From assembly GCA_010909165.1 (NCBI GenBank), contig VJWM01000134.1, forward strand, positions 1 through 64,000: a DNA stretch of 64,000 bases. Reading direction: 5' to 3'. The notes under the pieces were generated by a model, which saw only the letters and a list, made by a program, of their open reading frames with translations, did no database searches and was not told the origin of the DNA. This document shows, in pieces, positions 38,111 through 48,300 of the stretch. How positions within the stretch are numbered: the stretch's first letter is position 1; each line of letters starts with the position of its first letter. The DNA is from Anthoceros angustus (Eukaryota; Plantae; Anthocerotophyta). The translations under genes and the position numbers were made by a program.

Positions 38111-38782
38111 TCACGAGCTTAAAAACGTGCAGTCACATGTTCTGGAATCGACTGCGCGCCACCTACCGAACTCGAGCGCAAACGTGCCATGGTGCATAAG
38201 AATGGCGGTGATCTTCCTCCAGTATACCACCCTTGTAGCAATCATCCAGCTCGCGTGCTTCACAATCACACAGCTCTTGTTGAACATAGCCATGTCAACA
38301 ACGACTGAAGTGAATGGCAAGCAAACCGATCCTGGGAAGAAGGCAAAGGGCAGAAAAGCTGTCCAGCAGAGGACGCCATCGCAACCAACTCGGAAGAGTC
38401 CGAGATTCAACACGGACGAGCCTGCCGACGGCTGGGACGAGAGCTTCCTCGTGATACCATGTCTCCGCGAGCACCGTGAGCATGGAAGTCGTTGGGGAAG
38501 AGTGCTGTGTGCAGAGCCACCTTGACGGACTGTGGAGGTAGAGGAGCAAATGGACTTGGTAGGATGTACTACGGCAATGGCAAGCAAAACAAATAAAGGA
38601 GGCATCGAGTTGGCCATCGACAGCGACTGGATTGCGTAAGGCTTCATCCGCCATGTGCCCATCACTCGCCTCAATTTGCTTGACTGTGGAATTACAGCCC
38701 TGTAACCCAGCCTTGGTATGCGTGATGATGGCGGAGGCCGTGATCCTAAAAATAAAAGCACAACTTCACCATCAGGGAGCAT
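38111..38782 (-). CDS. Extra 223-aa ORF between copia pol and the PPT (env-like position, hydrophobic segments)
   Basis: ATG-initiated, uninterrupted, same strand as pol; contains LCWTAFLPFAFFPGSVCLPFTSVVVDMAMF. No recognised homology. Confidence 0.35.
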   Translation of the reverse strand: MLPDGEVVLLFLGSRPPPSSRIPRLGYRAVIPQSSKLRRVMGTWRMKPYAIQSLSMANSMPPLFVLLAIAVVHPTKSICSSTSTVRQGGSAHSTLPQRLPCSRCSRRHGITRKLSSQPSAGSSVLNLGLFRVGCDGVLCWTAFLPFAFFPGSVCLPFTSVVVDMAMFNKSCVIVKHASWMIATRVVYWRKITAILMHHGTFALEFGRWRAVDSRTCDCTFLSS

Positions 38783-38817
38783 AGGCTCCCACCCCCCCTC
38801 TATCCCACCAGATAAGT

Positions 38818-39723
38818 TTACTGTGTCTCTGATGTTGCTTCTTGTGCAGAGTAACCTGTAAAGTCCATCAGCCCTAGCCTCTCCATATGTTCATAATGCT
38901 TGTGCTTGGATAGGGCTTTCGTCAAGATGTCTGCTGTATTCTCATTTGTGTGCACATATCCCACTTTCACAATTCCTCGCTCAACAACATCTCTGATGTA
39001 ATGATGTTGTATTTCGATATGCTTTGTTCTGGCGTGGAACCGTGGGTTGGCCACTAATGCAATTGCCGACATGTTATCACACAGGAGTGGAGTTGGAGCT
39101 GCTTGCTTGTGCCCTATGTCTGTTAAGAAGGTACGTTCCCACTCAGCTTCCTTTGAAGCATCTGTAAGGCTTTTATATTCTGCTTCTGTCGAGGATAGAG
39201 CAATGGATGCCTGTTTTTTACAACTCCAGCTTATGGCCGCTGACGACAAAAGGAAACAGTAGGTTGAGAGGCTTTTTCTGCTATCACTATCCGATGCCCA
39301 ATCGGCATCTGTGAACCCTTGTAGAGCAAACTTCTTTGAACCACTGCTCTTATAGGCAAGGCCATAATATAGTGTGCCCTTAAGGTAGCGGAATACCCTT
39401 TTAGCAGCTACCCAGTGAGCACGTCCTGGTTTTTCTAAGAACTGTGAGAGAGTGCTCACACTATATTGTATATCTGGTCTAGTCCAGTTTGATATAAATA
39501 GCAGGCTTCCCACAGCATGTCTATAAGGTACGTCTGCCATCTCTTTTTCCTCTTCTGCAGACTGCGGGCATTGCAGACTAGTCAATTTTGTGCCAACTGC
39601 AGATGGTGTGGTGGCAGGACGTGCCTCATCCAGTTTGAACTTGTGCAGGAGCTGCTGAATGTATTTAAACTGGTGGATGATGAGAAGTCCTTCAGATCTG
39701 ACTCTCAAAAGCTGAATTCCCAA
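38818..39723 (-). CDS. pol: Copia RT C-terminal part plus RNase H
   Basis: PYRHAVGSLL, TRPDI, HWVAAKRVFRYLKGT, FTDADWA, SSTEAEY, CDNMSAI, RTKHIEIQHHYIRD, ADILTKAL. Confidence 0.95.
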   Translation of the reverse strand: MGIQLLRVRSEGLLIIHQFKYIQQLLHKFKLDEARPATTPSAVGTKLTSLQCPQSAEEEKEMADVPYRHAVGSLLFISNWTRPDIQYSVSTLSQFLEKPGRAHWVAAKRVFRYLKGTLYYGLAYKSSGSKKFALQGFTDADWASDSDSRKSLSTYCFLLSSAAISWSCKKQASIALSSTEAEYKSLTDASKEAEWERTFLTDIGHKQAAPTPLLCDNMSAIALVANPRFHARTKHIEIQHHYIRDVVERGIVKVGYVHTNENTADILTKALSKHKHYEHMERLGLMDFTGYSAQEATSETQ

Positions 39724-40533
39724 ATGTAATTTCGCCTATATCCTTCATGTCGCATTTACTAAGCATTTTTACAGCTTGCTATTGTATATCGTTGGTAGCA
39801 AGTATTACGTCATCTACGTAGAGAGCTAGTATCACAAAGCTTGCACCTTTTACTAGCCTCAGACGCTGGTCAGCACTGCGTAAAGGATTGGCCTGTGAGG
39901 CACATGTATATTAAGGTACCACACCCTTCCACTTTGCTTAAGGCCATAAATTGTCTTTAGCAATTTGCAGACTTTATGTGGGTGTGCCTTGTCCTCATAA
40001 CCCTCCGCTGGACATACATGATCCTCGCCTAGTGATCCATAAAGGAAGGCAAGGCCATAATATGTATGTGCCCTTAAGGTAGCGGAATACCCTTTTAGCA
40101 CTACCGGTGAGCATACTGGTTTTCTAAAAGCTGATAAAAGTGCTCACACTATATTGTATATCCGTCTAGTCCGATTTGATATAAATAGTGCTTCCCACAA
40201 GATGTCTATAATGCGTCGCCATCTCTTTTTCCTCTTAGCATGGGCATTGCAACTAGTCAATTTTGTGCCAACTGCAGATGGTGTGGTGGCAGGACGTGCC
40301 TCATCCAGTTTGAACTTGTGCAGGAGCTGCTGAATGTATTTAAACCGGTGGATGATGAAGTCCTTGGATCGACTCTCAAAAGCTGAATTCCCCAGCAATT
40401 TGATTCCCTATATCCTTCATGTCGTACTTCGTACTAAGCATTTCCTTTACAGTTGCTAGCAGCTTGTTATCGTTGGTAGCAAGTATTACGTCATCTACGT
40501 AGAGAGCTAGTATCACAAAGCTTGCACCTTTTA

Positions 40534-41121
40534 CTAGCCGTTCTTTGTGACACTCGTAAAGGATTGGCTCAGGAGGTACACATGTATATTAAGGTACCAC
40601 ACCCTTCCACTTTGCTTAAGGCCATAAATTGTCTTTAGCAATTTGCAGACTTTATGTGGGTGTGCCTTGTCCTCATAACCCTCTGGCTGGGACATATACA
40701 GATCCTCGTCTAGTGATCCATAAAGGAAGGCAGTGCATACATCCATCTGGTAAAGCTCTAAATCATACTCAGCAGCAAGGGCCAAGATCATGCGGATAGA
40801 CTGTGTCCTCACGACTGGAGAAAATGTTTCTTGGTAGTCGAGGCCCTCGACCTGTGTGAAGCCACGTGCCACCAACCTAGCCTTATACCTAGCAATTTCT
40901 CCTTGGGCATTGAGTTTGAGTTTAAACACCCATTTGCAAGATATGGGCTTTCGGTCAGCAGGTAAATCCACAAGTTTCCAGGTCTGATTTTTGATTAAAG
41001 AGTTATATTCATCTTCAATGGCTGCCTTCCATTTGTCGCGTTCAGATCCACCTAACGCTTCTTTGTATGTATGTGGTTCTAAGTGCAGAGTCATTGAAGC
41101 AGAGTCTTCTGGCATAGGCAC
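40534..41121 (-). CDS. pol: Copia RT N-terminal part
   Basis: EPHTYKEAL, WKAAIEDEYNSL, CKWVFKLK, YKARLVARGFTQVEGLDYQETFSPV, QMDVCTAFLYG, LLKTIYGLKQSGRVW. Confidence 0.95.
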   Translation of the reverse strand: MPMPEDSASMTLHLEPHTYKEALGGSERDKWKAAIEDEYNSLIKNQTWKLVDLPADRKPISCKWVFKLKLNAQGEIARYKARLVARGFTQVEGLDYQETFSPVVRTQSIRMILALAAEYDLELYQMDVCTAFLYGSLDEDLYMSQPEGYEDKAHPHKVCKLLKTIYGLKQSGRVWYLNIHVYLLSQSFTSVTKNG

Positions 41122-41563
41122 TCAAAATCAGATCGTATCTTGGTTCCCTCCATTGATCAGGTGGCGGCCTATGTCTGCTGGATCTTCTAAATTCAGGCTC
41201 AACAGGATGAGTTTCAGCATCTCTCTCCGGTTCAACAACAGGATCTGGTAGGTCATCATGCAGGTCTGCAAGATTTCCATCATTTGGTCCAACATCAACG
41301 TGATTCTGATCATTGCCATCCATGTCATCGGGGGCTTCTTGCTCGTGTATGTCAAGATCATAAGCCTTGTTCCCGTCAATATCAATGTCCTCTTGCGTAA
41401 TCAGGGTTTGCCGACGGTTGGGGCCGATCTTGAAGTCATATTCGATGTTTCATCATGCAAAGATTCTCCTCAAGAAAATTTGAATTGGCTCCCTCCGAAT
41501 CCGTATGATGAAAACCGGGGGCAGTGTGGGTTCGATAAAAGTGACCGAACGAGCATGTCCATC

Positions 41564-42105
41564 TCAGAAAGGATTATATAATTTGTATGCCTTCGAAGTT
41601 TCGCTGTAACCTACGAAAATGAGGGCTTGAGCACGTGGATCTAACTCTCGCTCTTCGTGAATAAGAGCAAAGGCACGAGATCCAAACACCCGAAGATGGA
41701 GTAGACTGGGTTTCTTGTTCCATACAGCCTCATAAGGTGTCATCAATCTAACTGTAAACAACCGGTTGAGCACATATGTAGCAAAGAAACAATGGTCGCC
41801 AAAATTTCGAGGTAACCCCGCCTGTAGAAGCATACCGCGTGTCATGGATAGTGTGGGTTTGGTTTACGCCCGCCACACCATTCTCACAGGTGTATGGGAT
41901 GCTTAGTTGTCTCAGATCCCATGTTCCCGCAGAAATTGTCAAATGCGGCATTCACAAATTGCACAAGCATCCTGCTCAGAGATACTTGACCAATTTTCCT
42001 ACCGACAGAGCCAAAGATGTCCTTGAACTCGTGCATGCTGATATTTCGGGCAAGATTCAAGTGCCCTCACTAGGTGGTGCCTACTACTATATTTGTTTCC
42101 ATTGA
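41564..42105 (-). pseudogene. pol: Copia integrase remnant; segment ~41935-42105 is inverted
   Basis: Minus strand: RQLSIPYT..NGVA, YVLNR, HLRVFGS, FVGYSETSKAY. Plus strand: RAKDVLELVHADISG..PSLGGAYY. Confidence 0.8.
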
Positions 42106-42686
42106 AACGATCCCTCTCTTTCAGTTCAGAAGTAAATGTGGGACCTGACATACTTATAGGCTTGGGTTTCAGGTTGAATTTCTGGAACTGTTGAGCTAAT
42201 GCATTAATAGCTGCAGTGGACATGCAATATCGACAGGGTACGTAAAAGCTATGGCTCTACGATTGTCCTGGTAAGACTGAACGTCCTGCACAATTAGGTT
42301 AGCTCATAATTGTTATCAACACATGATTCTGACCACAAGTGTAGAGAGAACTTGGTGGGGGGGGTAGCAGGAGGAAGAAGGGATAAAATCTTATCTTAGC
42401 CTTCTCTTGCTAACCTCCTCATCAAATTCTTTTAACAGCTTTAATGGTTAGTCGAAACGCTATGCGGGTTAGTTTAAAGAACTGAAAAGCAACAACGTTT
42501 CAAGAAAAATTGACCTAATTGTCATGTCCCTTTGCCTGTGAACAGATGCAGCGCTACACAAGAGCCTATCAGCACACAGGAAAGCTTGTCGAACGAAGGG
42601 ACACTGGTTGAAGTGTGACGCTTCAGATCCGGTCAATCTTGTGCGCCTGTGTTGGGCGCTCTCTCCTGCCTGGCGCAGCGGAGGAA

Positions 42687-43370
42687 TCAGGCCTCCGAGC
42701 CATCACCAGAAGATAAGATTGGTAAACAATCTCTCTCGTTAGGCTGATGAACAGAACTCCCTCGAAATTTGATATTCAGATCACACAATTGTTGTGTGAT
42801 TGAATCTGCCAAGTTTGAGATGATCTGCAATTTCGCCTCAAAAATCCAAGGGATCTGATCATGTGATTCTGGTTGCAGCTCGTCGACTCTATTCTTCAAT
42901 ACCTCTTGATTTGATAGCAGCAGGGATAACGTCTTCTCCACACGAATTATAGCAGCAAAAGTACTGTCAATTGTTCCTTGCGTACTGTGATTAGTTTGTA
43001 AGAACTTGTTTCTTTCAATGTTCTGATCACCTTGTGATCCTGCTGTTCGTGGTCGGAAGAGGGATTCAGCAGGGGGCAGCACTCTCGGATTATAGATCAA
43101 ATCGTGGTTCTGCCCTCTCTGTTGACAACGAGCTCGGTACAAGGAATCAACTACTTGATTTGTATTTGTAGAACGAGCTCTTCGATTCCCACAAGAATGT
43201 CTATCAACCAATTGCCTTAGGTAGATCTCAGGGTAGTTCTGCTCATAAAGGTCAAGCACATCTGCAGTTGGTACAAATTGTTTACGCCTGGATGATTGTT
43301 TTCCACGGCGTTTTTGACTAGATGTACCTGCAAATTGTGCATTCCTAGCAGACACTCCCTGGCTAGGCAT
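42687..43370 (-). CDS. Extra 227-aa ORF between the copia PBS and the gag start
   Basis: ATG-initiated, uninterrupted, starts about 35 bp after the PBS, with heptad-like IIRVEKTLSLLLSNQEVLKNRVDELQ. A gag-like start (..KERDRFNG) follows separately at 42223. Confidence 0.5.
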   Translation of the reverse strand: MPSQGVSARNAQFAGTSSQKRRGKQSSRRKQFVPTADVLDLYEQNYPEIYLRQLVDRHSCGNRRARSTNTNQVVDSLYRARCQQRGQNHDLIYNPRVLPPAESLFRPRTAGSQGDQNIERNKFLQTNHSTQGTIDSTFAAIIRVEKTLSLLLSNQEVLKNRVDELQPESHDQIPWIFEAKLQIISNLADSITQQLCDLNIKFRGSSVHQPNERDCLPILSSGDGSEA

Positions 43371-45355
43371 TGTGCATCGAGGGTACTAAGATATAGAGTA
43401 TCTGTGCTCTGATACCATATTAAGGTTCACAAAGGAACTCAGGCAACGAGAGTAGGCCGTAATTGAACACAATTGATTAATTAACAAAAAAGGGGTCTCT
43501 CATATATTTATCTATATCCCTAAAAATGAAAAGTCACATGGTCTATGTGTGCGTGCGCAACCCTTCGAGTGTAGCTTAACATACGTATATTAGATGTATA
43601 TACGTGACAAAGTCACCCTGTGCGCAGTTGTGCGCAGGCGAGCGGCGGCGAGCGTTGCGAGTAGAGATAGATTTGGGGATCGAATGAAGTGAGTCTGTAC
43701 GTGGTTGTCTGTGAGCTATGTTTCTTTTGAGAATGGTGAAGAGGTTGGTTATGGGTGTGTCGTTGTAGAGTGAATTGATCGTTGTAGCTAGCAGAGGAGA
43801 GCGTTGAGGTGGAGGGAATCCTGGAAGGCGTGGAGCGGCGCCGTGGGCCAGATAACCCAGAAACGCATAACACCAGTTTGTTGCCCACACTGAGGACAAG
43901 TAGACCGGGGCAGGATGATGAGAGCGAGAGAGTGAGAGGAATGACTTGCGAACAATCCGAACCAAATCTCTTGGGATCGAACCCACGATTCAGCGACTCA
44001 GGATAAGTGTGGCCACCGAGGCGACTTGAGGGCAAGCCTACCACAGCTACGTTGTGACTCATCCAAAGGCTCGAGCGGATCATCAACACCATTGCTAAAT
44101 TACGCATTCGTTCCACCAACACCATAATTATGGAAGATCCCTTCGTGAATTGACAGTCCTTAAAAGAGGATTTAAACCCTAGGTCTTCAAAATGACATTA
44201 GCCTCTTTATTCCATCCACAATCGAAAGTCGCATTCTTTCCATTGACATGATAGAGAGCCTATCTAGGGCGCGCCGGCCCTCCGTGATGTGTTCATGGAC
44301 ACCATTCAATAAATTCATATCAAAACTAAACATGGTTATACTTTGGAAAGAAACAAAACCGAAGTTGTGTGTGAACGCCGACATGGCGGCGTCCACAACG
44401 ATCGACAAAACGTAAACTTTAAAAGCATACATGGCTACGCGGGTGGTCCTCATGGGGACCAATCATCTCATACGGCCTTGAGCCAACCGAATGTATGACC
44501 ACTTCTAAGTTCCACATGCGCTCCACTTGGGTCATCAAAACCATTGTTCTTGCCCATGGACTTGGCGTTTCGTTCTCCCCAACTCGCCTCATCAAGCACT
44601 TGCGTAAGCGTGTGGCGGTGTGGTGCCTATGCCGTTTTGGTTTACGAGGACGTTCACGTCACTGGTTTTGGCTTTCACGGGTTTGAATCATTGCCTTTAT
44701 CAAACAAGTAACACATTCCCTCAACCATTTGAATGTATGTTTCAAATTGAATGAGCAAAATATGACATCTTTCACATGTCAAATCACAATGTACAGCCTT
44801 GATCGATCGCAAAGATGGTGTCCAGTGAAGCACATGCCAGAGCTATGACCTCTACAATACAATGGTCGCCTTCAATGAGCTCCATGGTAGTAGCTCTCTT
44901 CACCATTTTGATTCTTTTATAATTTGAGACCATTAATATAATATTACGAGTAATTTCAAACTCGCGATCAACGATTGAAAGATATTTGCTATGATTTTGG
45001 GTTTAAAACTACAAATTCTTAACTATACTGGCCAAAATAAGGACTCGTGAATGCGTCCTTAAGGACAGAATCCTTTAATTTAAAGGATGCCCTTAAAAAG
45101 GGGCGAAGTTGGTGTGTGTGGAGTAGAGGAATTGACCTCACGACCTACTACTTACTAAACTTTCTATCCAACCACTTGAGTAACCACCCCAAGCCACAAA
45201 TCATTTGAACCGCTAATTATTTATTTTATCAAAGGCAGCCCATGGGGAGGGCCCATGGGGAGGGCGTGCATGGGGAGGGCGCCGGCCGGCCGGCCCATGG
45301 GGAGGCGTGCATGGGAGGCGGCCGGCCGGCCCATGGGGAGGCGTGCATGGGAGGG

Positions 45356-48300
45356 TGTGGTAGGTTTGCCCGGTCACCCGGCTCGCCTCGGTGGCCACTT
45401 ATCCCACGGTGCGTTGAATCGTGGATTCGATCCCCAAGAGATTTGGTTCGGATTGTTGCAAGTCATTCCTCTCACTCTCTCGCTCTCATCATCGCCGGTC
45501 TACTTGTCCTCGATGTGGGCAACAAAGCGGTGTTATGCGTTTTCAGGTTGTACGGCCTGGCGCGCTCCACGCCTTCGATTCCCTCCACCTCAACACTCTC
45601 CTCACAGCTACAGCGATCAATTCACTCTACAACGACACACCCATAACCAACCTCTTCACCATTCTCAAAAGAAACATAGCTCACGGACAACCACATACGG
45701 ACTCACTTCATTCGATCCCCAAATCTAACTCTACTACTTAGCGTTCGGCCTCCCTTGCGGCTGGCGCACAGGGTGCAACTGCTATTTCTCTCGGGCGATT
45801 CGTGCACACAGTGGTAGTCGGATCACACCTGCGGGGCCACCCAGCAACACAAAGCACATCCAACAACAATCTTTCACGAGAGGAGGGGCCTGCGTCGAGC
45901 GAACCCGCCGCGAGGGGCCTCCGACCGAACCTCACCCTTCGCCTTCTCGTCGCTTGGCGGACGACGGTCAGCTGCACACACACAAAGGAATGCGCCGGAG
46001 AGGCGAAGAATGCATGGCAAAGCAAGGTCTGGTGTTTATTCATTCTCCCACCCTCCCTTTTATAGGTGGGGAGTCGACCGCCACTCGTGCTAGTTTAATG
46101 CTAGGGCGACTTGCCAAGTCCAACAATAGGACTCTTGTCATTGCCCGATTCGTCCTCTCGGCTCGGTCACCTTGACGAATATCCTATATCTGCCGCCACT
46201 CTTAAATACTCACACTTCCCAAGGTGTGCACCACTTGGGACAAAACGTCCTCTTGAAAAGGTCCTCGACATCCTCGTTCTGCTTTTGTTAGCCCTCGCGG
46301 CTTCAATGTCTTCCCCTTCGATGGGTCGCTTAGCCTTGCCCACCTCCGAGTCTTCTCGGCATCCTCCGGCTCCTTTCGTAGGTCTCGAAGTTCGGCCACG
46401 AACGGTCACCTCCGACACGGTCCACTAGGGCGTCCATAGATCCTGCGCCCACTTCCTTCATCGACTACCCTCATGGGATGCCGGTTCTCAACACTTCCTC
46501 CTCCTCCTGGTGCGTAGGTCACCAACGTTCCTCGGCGTTCTTCTCGTCACCCCTCCATTGGGCTCAAGTTACTACTACTTTGGTAGGAGGTAAAGCTCCG
46601 TAGGTCCTCCATCCTCCACAGGTCCCTGTAGAGGTTCCTCCCTACCCGGTGTTGTCGGCCTCAATCCTCAACCCTCGGTGGTCTCGTATCCTTTCCTCCT
46701 TCCTCCGTAGGAGGTGCTTCTATAGCCTTCTTCCCTTGTAGGAGGTTCCATTCCTCCTACTCGTTCATCTCGATGGGTTCCTCCCCTCATCTCGTCTTCT
46801 TGGTAGGCGGTTCGTCTCCTACCTCTTTGGATCTTGCTATGGGGGTACCTTCCCTCACGGCTGGGTTTCGACCGGAGGTACCCTTCCTTGGTCACCTCCT
46901 CCTCTTCAGCAGTTCCTACGAGTAGGAACTTTGGTAGGTACCATCCTACCATCAGTCTCTTCCTCCCGCTTGATAGCTCCACCGTCTCGGGAGGTCCGGC
47001 GTCGCCGTAGGTGCTTCTTGACTCGCTCGGCTATGTCCGGCCCGGCCTTCCTTGTACCAACTCAAAGTTTGACCTCCGGTGCCATTCCACTTGGCGTCGA
47101 GCAGCGGTGAGGTCTGTTTCTTCGTCTTCCTCAGCTGGCGTTCCTCAATCGCTTCTAGGAGGTTGTTGTAGTAGGTCGCCACCCTACCACTCTCCTTCTT
47201 TTGTCGTCCATGATGCGGACCCTTAGTGGGATGGCCTTTTCGTCCACCGGCTGATTTGTCACTCCTACCAATGCGGCCTCTTTCTCCACTACCGCTCCTC
47301 CAACTCGGGGCAAGCCTCCCAATCTCCTTATCTTTCTCCATGGCTTCCATCGCCATGCGTTTCACTATGCGATCGCCCTACTTTGCTCCTCGAATGACCA
47401 AGACCCTCCAAAGATCGTTGGGCCATCAAAACTTCCTTGGCGGTTCCTTGCCTCCTCATAAATGGGTAAGGTCGTCGGCCTTCTTCGTTCTTGCTCCAAA
47501 AGTTCTCTCGTGTCTGAAGCTCCTCTTTGTGACCCTTAGTCACATTGTCCCATCCTTGTCGTTCCTTCACCAAGTCGTATTTTCCCTTGTAATGCTCCTT
47601 CCGTTGCTCCATGGCAACTAACTTCTTCGTAGGAGGTCCTTCTCGTCTTCAAGGTCATGGGGCCTTGCTGTGAATCTTGCCTCCTCCTTGCTGCGTTCGA
47701 TGTGTCCTACCCTTGCTAGGTAGCTTCCAACTTCCTTGCCTCCTTCTGGCGGTTTCCAACTCCTCGACCCTCTTGGCTGATTTTGCCTCCATCCTAAGAC
47801 ACAGTCAATCATTTCCCACATTCACCAACTTGGTGGTCATCATCGCGCTCTTTGGCGGATCTAGCAGTGTTGCTTCTCGGAGGTGGTTTTGAGCTCCTCT
47901 CAATTTCTTCTCGGCATCCTCCGGCTCCTTTCGTAGGTCTCGAGTTCGGAACTTGGCCACCTCCGACACGGTCCACTAGGGCGTCCATAGATCCTGCGCC
48001 CACTTCCTTGGCTCGGCAACTACCCTCTGGGATGCGGCATTCTCAAACACTTCCTCTGCTCCTCCTGTTGGTGCGTAGGTCACCTCCTCGGCGTTCTTCT
48101 CCACTGCCTCAAGTCTTGTTACTACTTCTTTGGTAGGAGGTAAAGCTCCTACCGTGGGTCCTCCATCCTCCACAGGTCCCTGGTAGAGGTTCACTCCTAC
48201 CACGGTGTTGTCGGCCTTCCAATCCTCAACCCTCGGTAGGTGGTCTCGTATCCTTTCCTCCTTCCTCCGTAGGAGGTGCTTCTATGGCCTTCTTCCCTTT

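Larger units (their letters stand above)
37901..43609 (-). mobile_element. Ty1/copia LTR retrotransposon, 5.7 kb, internally deleted and rearranged
   Basis: Near-identical LTRs at 37901-38096 and 43418-43609; PBS TGGTATCAGAGC (43406-43417, tRNA-iMet type); PPT AAGAGGGAG next to the 3' LTR; pol motifs. Confidence 0.93.
32370..44045 (+). mobile_element. Solo LTR of gypsy-2 family (about 5.97 kb after removing the copia insertion)
   Basis: Begins TGTGGAACGAA and ends CCTACCACA, flanked by GCTA (32366-32369 and 44046-44049). It is the reverse complement of 45356-52014 along its length. Confidence 0.85.
32031..45355. mobile_element. Element C2: second copy of family C, interrupted by the solo LTR and by gypsy-2; right end lies beyond the window
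   Basis: Same left terminus AACACGATAATTTTGCAAGGGG at 32031. 45140-45355 resembles 1890-2250 of C1 (..TTACTAAAC..TATTTATTTT then GC-rich repeats). Confidence 0.65.

Noticed and set aside
44050-45050. Possible coding remnant inside C2 (ORF 44187-44462 and neighbours)
   Set aside because: No recognisable motif in any frame; left unassigned.
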